Assembly (NCBI GenBank): GCA_965112155.1
Contig: OZ218108.1
Reading direction: 5' to 3' (one strand)
DNA: 64,000 nt
Source: Podarcis liolepis
Taxonomy: Eukaryota
Position 1 is the first letter of the stretch. Every line of letters starts with the position of its first letter. The notes beneath the pieces were generated by a model. It was given only the letters and a program-made list of their open reading frames with translations. It was not told the origin of the DNA and searched no databases. Shown in pieces: positions 23,561 through 36,195 of the stretch. The translations under genes were made by a program, and so were the position numbers.

Positions 23561-26195
23561 CCCCCCCCCCCGAATTACCTTCCATACACCTGTGTGTATT
23601 TGCCCCTGAGCCCCACAGGGGTGCCATAGAAAGAATGTAGTTGGTCAAGGGACTCAAGTAGACTCAAAAAGGTTGAAAAGATGTATGTTTATGTGCATGT
23701 GTATATGTGAGGGGTTGAAAGAGCATAAACGCTTATGGGTCAGTGGGAGTCCACTTCAGTTCTCTGCCTCCACCTCACGTAACTTCTTTTTTTCTTTTCT
23801 TTTTTTACGTACAGCATTGCTTTAATATATGAGTGACTATGGAATTTTTGCATAGGCCTCAATTCTCATAGCAGGCAACTGCCTTCACACTGTTCCCCCC
23901 CCCCTCCACACTGCCCCCCTCCCTGGTCTCCCAGTCGTGTAGGCAATATTCTTGCTTGAGTGATAGTGATACCGTCTGCTTAATTAAACGTATTACTTGT
24001 CCTTCAGCATTTCTTGAATGGTGTGCCTGGTCCCTCTTTGTGGCATTTATAGACTTCATTATTATTCCTGTATTGGAATAATACACGCACAAGATATCTG
24101 AGCTCAATTCACTACTTGCCCTTGAGATTAGCCTGGCAGTCTCCATGTTCCTCTCCTAGTACAATGCAGTTTCTAGAATCTTACATGATTAATTCCTTCT
24201 GCAGGTGCCTCTTTTGATTCTCAGGCTTCCCTCACGTTCTTGCTTTATCTGCTCTGCATGGATTCTCAGGTTGTCCTTGGGACTCGCCTCTATTTAAGTG
24301 TTCCAAATCTATAATCGGTTGGCTGTTAATTTGTTGCCGGATGCATTTTCTAAAGGCTTGATCTAAGACTTCATTATTTATGGTATTCAGGTGGCAATGT
24401 GTTCATGTGTATGCAGGTCACCCAAGTCTCTGGCTCAAATGATAGAAGAGGCAATTGTGAGTCGAGCCACCATTTTGTGACCAGCTCAACTCAACTCACC
24501 CCAGAGAATAACTGTTCCCTCCCACTCTCTTGTTGGCTGTTGTAGCAATGGAAGGAGAGGGATCTCTCTCCAGCCTCTTCCCTAACACTAGAATGCTGCT
24601 GTGACACCACTACAGGAGCTAGGGATCATGGGAAAAATACATTTCCTCTGATCCCTGGCTCTGAAGTATTCCACTACCAGGGGGAGGAGGAGAGAGGCCT
24701 CCCTCCTTGATTTCCACTGCCTGTTTTCAGTTCTGGCATACTTGCATTGATGTCCCCAGAAGTGTCATGGGTCTATATCAGGCTGATAACTGAGCTGTTT
24801 TATCTTTTTTTGCAGGGAATAGTTCTGTCTGCCAAGTTCAATTTAAACAAGCAGGGAAGAATGTCATCATTACTTTTCCCTACACCTAGGATATATCCAG
24901 AGTGTTGATACTTTTGGGTGGGATTCAATCACTTACCAGCAAATTCAGGTTGATCAATTAAATCTGATTTAAAGATCTGTGCAACATGCCACCTCCCCCG
25001 CCCCCCATTAGACTTTTTATGAAAAGTGTGGAATAACACTTGCTTTGATGCAACATCATCCGGCCTCCTTGCAAACAAACTGGAGTGGATGCTCATTAAA
25101 TAGTCAACATCATCTAACCTAATTGAAACAAAACAGGATGAATGCTGCATAAACAGTAATATGGAAGCTTCCCTAGAAGTCTGCTGGTGAAGAGGCTGTC
25201 TTTAAGAGGTTGTAAAGCTCCTTTTCTTCATTATTCAATAAGCATTTGGTAAGGCATCCAAGGAGGTTTGCTCCCTCTTATTGTGGATCTTACACACTGG
25301 TCTTCTCTCCTAGTATACATAAGTGACTCATATGTATTTTTTGTGTGGTATGTCATGAGAATTTTGGATTTTTAAACCACAAAACAGAAGCACTCTGCTT
25401 GTTATGTGATGTAGTGATGACCAAAGAACTGAGTACAGAATCTAAAAACTGCACAGCCTACAGTTATTCATAAAGGCCATTGAAACCTGGTGGCTCTCTA
25501 AAGGCCGCTAGCACACAAGAAACATTGATTTGATTCCACTTTAGCTCCATGTAGGGTTAAATTTTGAAAAAAGGTATAAATTATTTGATTTGCTCATGAT
25601 TTACTTCTTGCTCCTCTCCCGCCTCCCCATTTTAGACCTACTTTGGTTCATTAGATGCAGTAATATCTCCCTTGTCTGTGACAATTTCCATTAATATCTC
25701 GAAGGCAGCTATTAAGTATCATTACAAGCAAAGATTATAGATGGATACTATGAACAATAACAGTGCAGGGAAAGACAATAGTCACATTTTCATTTGATTC
25801 TTTGTTCTTAAGATGTAAATGAAATGCTGTGCTTTTTTTTTTTCTAGCATCCCTTTCTACATTTATACTTCCCAAAGCTTGCTGAAAACCCAACCTTCCT
25901 GCCCAACTAAATTCTGCATTTCAACAGAAGAGCATCTGACTTGTGTCTGCCTTTCTGGTTGACCTGAAATAAATCTTGGTTTTGGTGCTTAAACCATCTC
26001 ATGTGTGGTTCCCATTGGTACTGGAGGGGCAGAAAACAGGGAGGCCAACAATAGATGTTGTCAGAGCCAATAAGAAGCAGAACCAACTAATTCTACTTTT
26101 GTCCCCATCCTCTTCCTCCCTGCTCAGTTCCACAACGGCAACACTGGGACTAAGGAGGAGGAACCAAACAGCACCTTCTAGATTGGTTGTAATGT

Positions 26196-26603
26196 AATTC
26201 TTCTTCTTTGGTGATCACTCGTAGCCAATTAAGATTGTCTTCCATAAACATGGTTTTAACCGTGAGTCCATAAGTGACTGTGGAGGCCAGTTCTGGATCC
26301 ACACGTCCTTCCATTGTGGGGACATAGATTTCCAGGTGAGAGTTGATCATGGTGAGGGTTTGCCAAACATGCCTTCCTCTCGTTTCTCCCTTTCACCCTG
26401 AGTTCCAGTGTCTTCAAAGTCCATGACACCTTTGGTAATGGCTGTTCTCCAATTGGAGCACTTACAGGTCAGTGTTTCCCAGTTGTCGGTGTTTATACTA
26501 CTTTTTTTTTTTTTTAGATTTGCCTTGAGATAGTCTTTAAACCTCTTTTGTTGACCACCAGTATTACGCTTTCCATTTTTAAGTTTGGAATAGAGTAGTT
26601 TGT
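26196..26603 (-). mobile_element. RTE-clade LINE 3' fragment
   Basis: LLYSKLKNGKRNTGGQQKRFKDYLKANLK..INTDNWETL..NWR is a typical RTE C-terminus, followed by a 3' UTR and (GAA)n tail. Confidence 0.85.
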
Positions 26604-26804
26604 AAAGTAATACCATATTCATTCCATACACAGGGATGGAATTTGGCAGTTTCTCATAATATGATGCCCTGTACAAGCCAAAATATGGTGCCTCCAAATG
26701 GATCTTCTCAATTGTAGATCTTCTTAATTTTGCGCCCGCTCGACTTAGCACCCCATGCCGGGGAAACATCCATGCCACCGTAAGTCCTGTGCTGACCATG
26801 CATT

Positions 26805-26985
26805 TAGACCACTATGAGACTACTTTCAACATTCTTGGCTTCCCCCAAAGAATCCTAGGAACTGCAGCTAGTTTAGGGTGGAGAAAATCACTAGGAGACT
26901 CCTATCTCCCTCAAAGAGCTACAGTTCCCAGAGAACCCTGTGAAGAGGGTCTGATCATTAAACCACTCTGGGACAAAACAGCTCT
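26805..26985. repeat. Fragment of an abundant lizard MITE-like repeat
   Basis: 'ttcccccaaagaatcctaggaactgcag..ggagac..gagctacagttcccaga' is shared with 31736-31930. Confidence 0.5.
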
Positions 26986-27515
26986 TCAACAGTTCGACCC
27001 ACAAATCTTTTGGGGGGCTTGCTCTCCATCCCCATCCTCAGAGTGGGGCTCGACTCCCTTCCTCATTGTATCTAGTTCTGCCTTAAAAAGAGAGAAAAGG
27101 CAGCTGGAATTTGGTCAGAGAAATAATTTGCTTGTCTAAGGGTAGCTGGAGGAAGGTGGGCCACAAAGGTGTTGTTGCTTTGGGGTCACAGATGCTGCTC
27201 CAGGACTGGGACTGGCCATTGCTGTGCTCTTCTTCCCAGCTCTATTTGTATATTGGTAAATATTGCCAGAAATATTGTCTCTTTAGAAAGAAGTTGACCC
27301 CACAAAGTTTCCCTGCTCAACAATGTGGAGATTAAAAAACACCCAACTTGTCTTGACCGGACCTAGCTGTGGGTTGAGTTGATTATCCCTCACTTTCCAA
27401 CTTCAGGAATAAATACAGCAAACCAGTTTTAGACCCTGCTGAGTTCTGTGTATAAATTGTACTCATTGGCTATAGACAGCGATAGATGAATCTATGTGTG
27501 GTATCACTGCTGCAT

Positions 27516-27772
27516 GTCAGTGTGGTATAGTGGTTAAGAGCGGTAGTCACGTAATCTGGGGAACCGGGTTCGCGTCTTCGCTCCTCCACATGCAGCTGCT
27601 GGGTGACCTTGGGCCAGTCACACTTCTCTGAAGTCTCTCAGCCCCACTCACCTCACAGAGTGTTTATTGTGGGGGAGGAAGGGAAAGGAGAATGTTAGCC
27701 GCTTTGAGACTCCTTCGGGTAGTGATAAAGTGGGATATCAAATCCAAACTATTCTTCTTCTTCTTCTTCTTT
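27516..27772 (+). mobile_element. Squam3B-like SINE
   Basis: A and B boxes, CORE segment, (TTC)n tail. Confidence 0.88.
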
Positions 27773-30209
27773 TCACCCTTACAGTTCCATTTTCCTGCAT
27801 TTCCACATTAATCAGCCATTTATTTTTCAAAATACCTGAAAATAGCATTTTGATAGGTGTATTAATAGGTATATTTGTTGGAATGCATCTTTTCTCTTTT
27901 AAAGATGTATTTAAAAGCATATTTTAAAGGTGTGCATCAGGTCTGCATGCACCCCATATTACTTGGGGCTTCCTCAATCATGCATACAAATCACTAGATT
28001 TCTCTGTATTGAATTACTGTGCTCTTGGATGAGTACACTGCTGGATAATGAAAACCAACTCCATACAGAAACATTGTTTCTAAGTATTGGAGCCTTCAGA
28101 CTGTGGTTTTATAGTAGTGATAGTCCATTCACACATACAAGTAATCACTTGGTGGTTTTTTTAGTAATCAAGTGTGGAACAAAAATGTGTGAAACTGTCA
28201 TTAGTCAGGTAAGAGTGTTGTGCGTCTCTTGGGAGCTTTAAGACATTTGCTACAAATATATTACTTAAGAACAGCAACATAAAATACTCCTTCCGTATGT
28301 TGATTTGGTGCAGGTGATGGGAGCAGAGTGTGAAATGTAGGAGAAATAAGTGATGTGTTATTAGAGAGGAAAACTGAGCATTTCTTTAAAGCCATATGCA
28401 TATGTGTCTATGTTACCTGCCAAAATAAGGAACTGGTGGATTTGAAAAGTAACAATTTACTGTATTAGTGTGGTATTTGTGTTCGCTTTTCAGATACTAA
28501 GACACTCCGACATGTCTTGCCACCTATTGGAAACAAAGGAGAAGCATTGAAAAGCTTCTGTATTAATTTAACACACTACTGTTTTTTAATGGTTCCATCT
28601 TTGTGAACACAAGTCAGTCACTGCCGATGGCTACTGTTTCAAGTTCAGAATGAAAATATTTCATGAGCATGAAAACAGAGCACAGCCATGGAAACCCTGT
28701 CTTGTTTGTCATCTTATGTGCTGAGCTGCAGGCAATTGAATTTCATACACAGAAAGTCAGTTCAGGTGTCACAGTAAACTTCTGCAAAAACTTAGAGAGG
28801 ATCCGGCAACAGGTGAGAGAGGAGAGCTCCTTGGCTGTGCTGTGGTTTAAATTCCCTGTGGCCACACCTCCAACCGGTACTGATTGGACAGCGGGGCCAC
28901 ACCTGGGTGGGGCCCTGCTCAGCACCAGTGACACAGTCAAGACAGCAATGGGGGGGGCGTCAATCTCCTCCCACCCTCACCAAATCCCTGCAGGGGCCCA
29001 GATGTTTGAACACAACGCTGCCCACCAGAAAAGGTGAGCAGACCTGTAGCATGCCCCCTTTCTTTCTGGCTTTTTTTAAACAAAAAAAAGGGGGGAAACT
29101 GGCACTTTGAGCCTTATGGAAGTTAAACAGCAAAAGGATTTATTTCACAACAAGAATGGTAAGCAGGGATATTTCAGGTGTTGGAAATCTTCAAAGAATC
29201 AGTAAACTGTAAATATATATTAGATTCAGTCACAGGCTTCTCAATAAGATGGTAAGTGTGAGGCTTTGGTTTTCTTCATTTATATAAAGTAATGACAGAG
29301 GTGTTACAACTTAGGTTTCAATAACTTGTGGGTTCTGAAACAGGCTGGTACTTTCTGCCAGGCTTCTATTAATCTGTCTACTGTCCTTCAGATTCCCAAC
29401 CCTTAGAAATCTTACACCTGAGGCTCCTCTGTCAGGCCCAGTCTTATCAGACCAAGGAATCGGCGCACAGTCCCCATCCAACTGGTTTGAGATTATTATT
29501 CTCTCACTAGAAGGTATATCCCCTTCCTACTGAATTGGGATTTAAACAGAGCGTTCCCTCACAACGCCACTTGTCCTCTTCCAAAATTCAGTTCCCAGTT
29601 CTTGCTTGTCTGTATACCCTTGAAAGACAATAACCACTGACTTTCAGTCTAACCCCCAGCTCAGAGACTGCCTTCTCTGGTAGTAAATATTCCCTCAGGG
29701 TGGATTTTACACAGCTCAGAGGTTATACAGTTATTCAGCCCAATGCCAGGAACCAAAACTGCTTTTCTTCTCCCTCTCAAAGTATTGTCTCCACCCACTT
29801 CTGGCTAGCTGTACCCTCAGGCAATCAGCTCAGCATACTGAGAGCTACACCTCACTGGTTTAATCCAGTCTGCACTACACCCCCCCAAACTCTTCTCTAC
29901 CTGCACCTTCTGTCACAGGACCCATCAAAAGCCTTGATGAACAGGAGTGTTTTGAAGTGCTGCTGGAAGCCCATCAATGTAAGCTAACTGCACCTCTAGG
30001 GACAGGCCATTCCACAGTTGGGGCACCGCTACAAAGTCCAGCCACAGTTTGAGTATTCTATATAGCGCTGCCTTTCTAGCCATGTTCAGGTATTCCAGCC
30101 CTCAGCATTTGAGGAGACACTGTGGTTGGCCTTTTCCCCTTTATCACATTCTCATTCTCCAGACCCATCATCCTTCATGCATTGAAAATGAGAAGGTCTG
30201 AAGTAAGTA

Positions 30210-30499
30210 CAGTGGTGCCTCGCAAGACGAAATTAATCCGTTCCGCGAGTCTCTTCGTCTTGCAGTTTCTTCGTCTTGCGAAGCACGGCTATTAGCATCT
30301 TAGCGGCTTAGCGGCTATTTGCGGCTTAGCGGCTATTAGCGGCTTAGCGGCTATTAACGGCTTAGCGGCTTAGCGGCTTTAAGAAAAAGGAAACAAACTC
30401 ACAAGAAGCAAGCCCATAGGGAAATTCGTCTTGCGGAACGACTCAAAAAACAGAAAACTCTTTCGTCTTGCGCATTTTTCGTCTTGCGAGGTACCACTG
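30210..30499. mobile_element. Tigger-like MITE family B with an internal tandem expansion
   Basis: TA TSD, TIR CAGTGGT(G/A)CCTCGCAAGACGAAA, internal (TTAGCGGC)n array. Confidence 0.88.
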
Positions 30500-31592
30500 T
30501 ATGGTGCAGGGAGACTACTCCCTATACATAGAATCCTCATGAGATTTACATTACTAGGGCTCTAAAAATTGAGGGGAGCCTCCAGAATGTCTCCTCTCAA
30601 CACAAAAGGTGGTAGGGCCAAGTGATGTGATAGCTACCATGTCCCCAGTGTCTTCCACCCATGATTCTCATCACATGCAGGTTTGAATGCCTGAACAGGG
30701 CCCCTGGGCCACATTCATTGGAATCTCATTTCCTGTCTATATGAAATCTATTCCCTTCTGAGGTGCACCATCCCAAGCCAAAGTCATGCGCAAGAGATAC
30801 CTTCATACTGTGTTACCACTGAGAAGTGCTAATAGGTTTTGTCCATAGCTCAGATAAAGCTGCATTAGATTGACCATGTAATTGTAAAGGACAAAAGACA
30901 GCAGGCTGATGAGACCCAACAAAGTAGTTCCTGAGCCATGTGACTAATAAAACATGATCATCAGTTCATTTGTCAATCACGCTCCCCTGTCTTGCGGTGG
31001 GGCCTGATAAAATACCAGCCTTCTTTTATTTCCCAATATTCCCTGAAGTATTAGTTACACACTTGTATAAAGCATTTGGAGTTTTTTTTCATGCTATACC
31101 ATTTCAAGTCATGAATATATTTTGGATGCCTGAGTGAGTACCGATAATGTTCAGTGTGACCATTTGCCCACCTTTGTGTCAACAAAGAATTCTCCTTTAC
31201 ACGTGAACAAAAGTAGATCGTATCCTTTCCCCGAAGAGTCCCTGGCTTTATCCTTTCTCTTTTTTTTCTTTGGATAAATTGTCAAGGCAAGCAAAGGATT
31301 TCCGTCCGAGGTCTGAATATGAAATTGCAGGCCAATTTCTCTTCTCTCTTACTCAGGTGAAGACTCAATAAAATGATACCTGCACAGCACAATACATTTG
31401 GCCATAGAATGAAGCACCCAAATGCCTTGGAGCATTCAGATTATCAGGGGGTGGTCTTCATGCACTTGCCACCACCAAAATACTCAGAGACTAACTTTTG
31501 CTCCTGCCAAAGGGTTTGTGCACAGCTCAGAGCTAATCAGCTGCTTATGATCCAGGAGATTATAAGGCAGTTCAGTTCAAAATAGATCAAGG

Positions 31593-31728
31593 CAGTGCTA
31601 TTTTTCTAGGAAAAGAGGTGTTGGAGCTCACCATAAACTTCTCCCTTGTTCTCTTAGAAGGACAATGGCACCCACCTGAGAGGTGGCGGAGCTTAAATCC
31701 AGTGAGCTTGGGCTGAAAAAAAGCCCCG
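31593..31728. mobile_element. hAT MITE (136 bp)
   Basis: CAGTGCTATTTTTC..GAAAAAAAGCCCCG with perfect 8-bp TSD GATCAAGG. Second copy at 37529-37666. Confidence 0.85.
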
Positions 31729-32049
31729 GATCAAGGCCACATCTGCACCTTATACCCCAAAGCACTGTTATATCAATTTGACAGTCATATATTCTCTCAA
31801 AGCATCCTGGAAACTGTAATGTGTTAAGAGCACTGAGAGTTGTTAGGAGACACTGCCCCCATTCTCCTCACGGAGCTACATTTCTCAGAGTGGTTTAACA
31901 ATCAATCTCACTTCCTAGAGAACTCTGGAAAATGTCGTTGTCACACTGGCGAATGGTGGCAGAAGACACCTTATGCCAAGAGGGGATGCTTGCATCTCGA
32001 GTGACAACACTGGATCAAGGAGTACCTCAAAAGAGCAAACTTGGTTTTA

Positions 32050-32345
32050 GAAGGTGTTCATCTCCATCTAAAACAGGTTGAGCTCCAGCAGTCTGGAACC
32101 ACCCACCAACATTATGTCCATCTGGTCAGGATTGAATTTCAATTAATTGATCTTTTGCAGTCTATTACCTTCTGCATGCAAAGCATAAGCTACGCTCAGA
32201 AGTGGGCTGGTTTGACTCTTCTGCTGCCATACCTGAATCAGATGAAAAGGAAAAGGAGAATGGGGTGTCATCCACATATAAATGACACCTTATGCTAAAT
32301 CTCCAGATGATTTCACTCAGCAGCTTCCTGCAGATGTTGAACTTG
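32050..32345 (-). mobile_element. Old L2 RT remnant
   Basis: The minus strand of 'gtgtcatccacata' gives YVDDT, a degenerate YADD motif in L2 context. Confidence 0.55.
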
Positions 32346-34009
32346 ATTCAACATCTGTTGAAAGTGTCTTCAAGCACCACTCAAGCACATGTGAGTGTAA
32401 ATATCCAGCATTTTGTAGCCTCAAGCCATCAAAGGCCATTAATGAGGTATGTTCAAATGGAAAACAATACAAGAAAGCTTAAGAGAAGGTAATTTTGTAT
32501 ATCCAAAGGAATAGCTTGCAACAAAATTTAACACTGCATGTTTCAAGTCCTCACAACATCTCACACACTCGATCATGGTAATCCTGAAAAATCCTGTAAA
32601 TTAGGTAGAGTGGCCACTCATGGATCCCCAAAAAAGAGGAAAAAGAGGGCATGAATTTACATCAAAATTTCATGTACCAATTTATATTTGCTGTGCCTGT
32701 GATTCCTGGAAGACCTGTTCCCTGCCTTGCAGGCTTCCATCCTCCTGCAGCTCTCCAAGCACCCACAAACTTTCACACACTTTCAAAATCTGCTCCACAA
32801 CACTGGGGAACACACCAGAGCAGATGGGGTGTGTGTGCAGGAGCTTCACACAGCCTTGGGTACAACCCACAACCCCATAGTCACTACACAACACCAATTT
32901 GCTGTTTTAAGATACAAAACAGAACAAATCATATTCCAGGGATAGTTAAAGCAAAAACATGGGGCCCCTCCAGCTGCCCTTTTTATTATGCATTCATCAC
33001 TATTTGTGCTCACGATGGTATTGGGGCAGTTATACACAATCCCACCTTCAATACCGTTTGCTCTTGCAAATGTTTCAGGGCATAAATACCACTTTGTTTC
33101 TAATCAGCTTACTGCTGGAATCTTGTAACTTTTTATACTACCAACGTTCTCTTTGTGAGTGTGTTTCCCCTCTTTCCCTGCGCTACAGCTCCTTCTGATT
33201 GCAATAATGCAGTGACACAGTGCTGTGCAGAAGCACAGCAGAACTAATAAAGTGGGTTGATGTGTATGGTTCAGTATGAATCCATCGCTATTGCGCTATT
33301 TGTGCATTGATGCCATGTCGCAGAATACACCAGCAAAATAAAAATAAACCACTACAACACACCAATCTAGAGGAACCTGTGATTGTTTCATGAAAGCGTC
33401 CTGCTTAGGGATCTGAGTGTTCTTCTCCCTCTTTCCCATCAACGTTTGACTTTTCTTCTTCATTTGGGTTATGCATTTTTAAATGAATTGGCATCCCGGG
33501 CCAGCTGCTTAGAATGGCTAATTGTGATAAATAATATTTCATGCCTGCGTGGATATAGGGGAGTAGCGTTCACACAGGTTTCATGTATCCCCCCATGGCT
33601 TCCGCTGCTCTGGCTTTAACCTGAGTTAAAAGCAGTATCTAATTGCTAGCTCCAATGTGTTATGTTTATACAATATGATCCTTATTTTTTTCCACTCGAG
33701 CAGATAAAGTGGGTATCTATTTATATTATCATGATGGTGGAGTCACTAGAGGTTGATTAGTTATGCTGAAAACCAGCAGAAGCAGATGCAGCCTCCTGAA
33801 AGGAGTGGGAGCTTGTGCAGCATGTAGAAGACAAAGGGGAAAGGCAAGGAGGGGAGGAGAGGAGACGGCCGTCTGGATTTAGAGTGCTGCCTAATGTGCA
33901 TAATCAGAAATGTTCCATGCCAGCTTCTTAGCCAGCGTAGCCTAAATTGGCAAATATGAAAAGCTGAGTCCTGAGCCCAAAGCAGATTTGTGTATCCATC
34001 CTGATTTTC

Positions 34010-34140
34010 NNNNNNNNNNNNNNNNNNNNNNNNNNNNNNNNNNNNNNNNNNNNNNNNNNNNNNNNNNNNNNNNNNNNNNNNNNNNNNNNNNNNNNNNNNN
34101 NNNNNNNNNNNNNNNNNNNNNNNNNNNNNNNNNNNNNNNN
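34010..34140. other. Assembly gap (131 N)
   Basis: Run of N. Confidence 1.
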
Positions 34141-35912
34141 TCCCCAGCCGAAGCTGGGCTCAGGGCGGCTAACAACAATCAAATAGTTCAACATTGTAAA
34201 ACATTCATTATAAAATTAATTAAATCAAATTAAAATCAAATTAATGGCAACCATCAAGCAAAGTTTTGTGCAGATTGCCAGAGGAGGGGGTCAGGCTGCG
34301 CCCTGACAAAAGGCCTGGTGGAACAGCTCTGTCTTGCAGGCCCTGCGGAAGGATGTCAGGTCCTGCAGGGCCCTAGTCTCTTGTGACAGAGCGTTCCACC
34401 AGATTGGAGCCGCGGCCGAGAAGGCCCTGGCTCTAGTTGAGGCCAGCCTAACCTCTCTGAGGCCTGGGATCTTTAGGGTGTTTTTATTTGCAGACCGTAA
34501 ATTTCTCTGTGGGACATACCAGGAGAGGCGGTCCCGTAGGTACGAGGGTCCTAGGCCGTATAGGGCTTTAAAGGTTAAAACCAGCACCTTAAACCTGATC
34601 CTGTACTCCACCGGGAGCCAGTGCAGCTGGTACAGCACCGGATGGATATGATCTTGCAGCGAAGACCCCGTAAGTAGTCTCGCCGCGGCATTCTGCACCC
34701 ACTGGAGTTTCTGGGTCAGTCTCAAGGGCAGCCCCACGTAGAGCGAGTTACAATAATCCAGTCTGGAGGTGACCGTCGCATGGATCACAGTGGCTAGGTC
34801 AGGGCGAGAGAGATAAGGAGCCAACTGCTTAGCTTGGCGGAGATGAAAAAACACCGCCTTTGTTATAGCTGTAATCTGCGCCCCCATAGAGAGGGAGGTA
34901 TCGAAGATTACACCCAAACTCTTCATGGACGATGCTGGCACTAATTGCACCCCCGCAAGAGACGGGAGTTGCCCCCTCGATCCCATATCGCTCCGTCCCA
35001 GCCAGAGGACCTCTGTCTTCGAAGGGTTTAACTTCAACCGGCTCCCACGTAGCCATCCAGCCACAGCTTCCAGACATCTGGTCAGTGTATCTGGGGCCGA
35101 GTCAGGATGGCCATCCATCAACAGATAGAGTTGGGTGTCATCGGCATACTGATGGCAACCCAGCCCAAAACTCTGGACAAGCTGGGCGAGGGGGCGCATA
35201 AAGATGTTAAAAAGCATCGGGGAGAGAATCGCACCCTGAGGCACTCCACACACCAAGGAGTGGCGCGATGACAATTCCCCCCCAAGCGCCACCCTCTGTC
35301 CCCGACCGGAGAGAAACGAGCGCAGCCATTGAAGGACTGTGCCCTGTATCCCCACGTCGGCAAGGCGGCGGTCCAGGAGTTCGTGATCGACCATGTCGAA
35401 GGCTGCTGACAGGTCTAGAAGAATCAGCAGCCCCGACCCGCCTCGATCCAGCTGCCTGCGGAGATCATCTGTTAGGGTGACCAGAGCCGTCTCGGTCCCA
35501 TGACCAGCGCGGAAGCCGGACTGGAATGGATTGAGAGCAGATGTTTCATCCAGAAACCTACCAAGCTGTTCAGCAACCGCTCTCTCAATCACCTTACCCA
35601 GGAATGGCAGATTCGAAACCGGGCGGTAATTGGATAGATCTAAAGGATCTAATGATGTTTTCTTTAAGAGCGGACGCACCACTGCCTCCTTCAGTTCCCC
35701 TGGGAATATCCCAGTGCCAAGGGACAAATTGATGATATCCCCCAGGGGGGCCCGCACCTCGTCTGGACACGCTCTAATCAGCCAGGACGGGCACGGGTCA
35801 AGAGGACAAGTGGTGGGCTTTCCAGCTTGGAGGAGTCTGTCCACATCGGCTGGGGATATCCGGTCAAAGTGGTCCAATACTGGACCCGAGGACAGTCGAG
35901 GGGCCTCCAGTT
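34141..35912 (-). mobile_element. Young 5'-truncated L2 LINE; the 3' tail runs into the gap
   Basis: Uninterrupted RT frame, high CpG retention, 3' UTR at 34141-34290. Confidence 0.92.
34291..35911 (-). CDS. L2 ORF2 reverse transcriptase domain plus C-terminus (no endonuclease, no native start)
   Basis: NYRPVSNLPFLGK, QSGFR..TETAL, LLDLSAAFD, GVPQGAILSP, YADD, LHWLP motifs in a ~540-aa stop-free frame. Confidence 0.8.
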
Positions 35913-35914
35913 GT

Positions 35915-36195
35915 ATCCAAATTCTCATTCTTCCCATCCTAAATTCAGTTCTTCACATTTTTTTTACATTAATTGGCATTAAAAACAAAGACATGTCCTT
36001 GTGGAAATTATTAGCATCTTACTACCAATTTCTTTGAATACACATATTTTTGCTTGCAATTTTGTAACATATACGAATTTTAGCAAAACCATTTCCCCTA
36101 ACAATGCATTTTTCTATGTTATTTTCAGTAATATATGTCTTTTATGCCCAGTTTTAAAAAAATGCATTTATGTACACATAACTTGCCTGGAGAAT
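35915..36195 (+). repeat. Fragment of the repeat family seen at 41116-41555
   Basis: 'ttctcattcttcccatcctaaattcagttcttcacattt..gtacacataacttgcctggagaa'. Confidence 0.6.

Noticed and set aside
28480-28570. Acceptor-like 'ttcgcttttcag' followed by a short open frame (TKTLRHVLPPIGNKGEALKSF)
   Set aside because: No convincing donor and no recognisable protein similarity
29291-29917. Possible solo LTR ending in TGTCACA
   Set aside because: No matching TG start with a TSD could be established
33991-35919. TGTATCCA on both sides of the young L2 as a possible TSD
   Set aside because: The left copy is separated from the L2 by 11 nt and a 131-N gap, so the junction cannot be read
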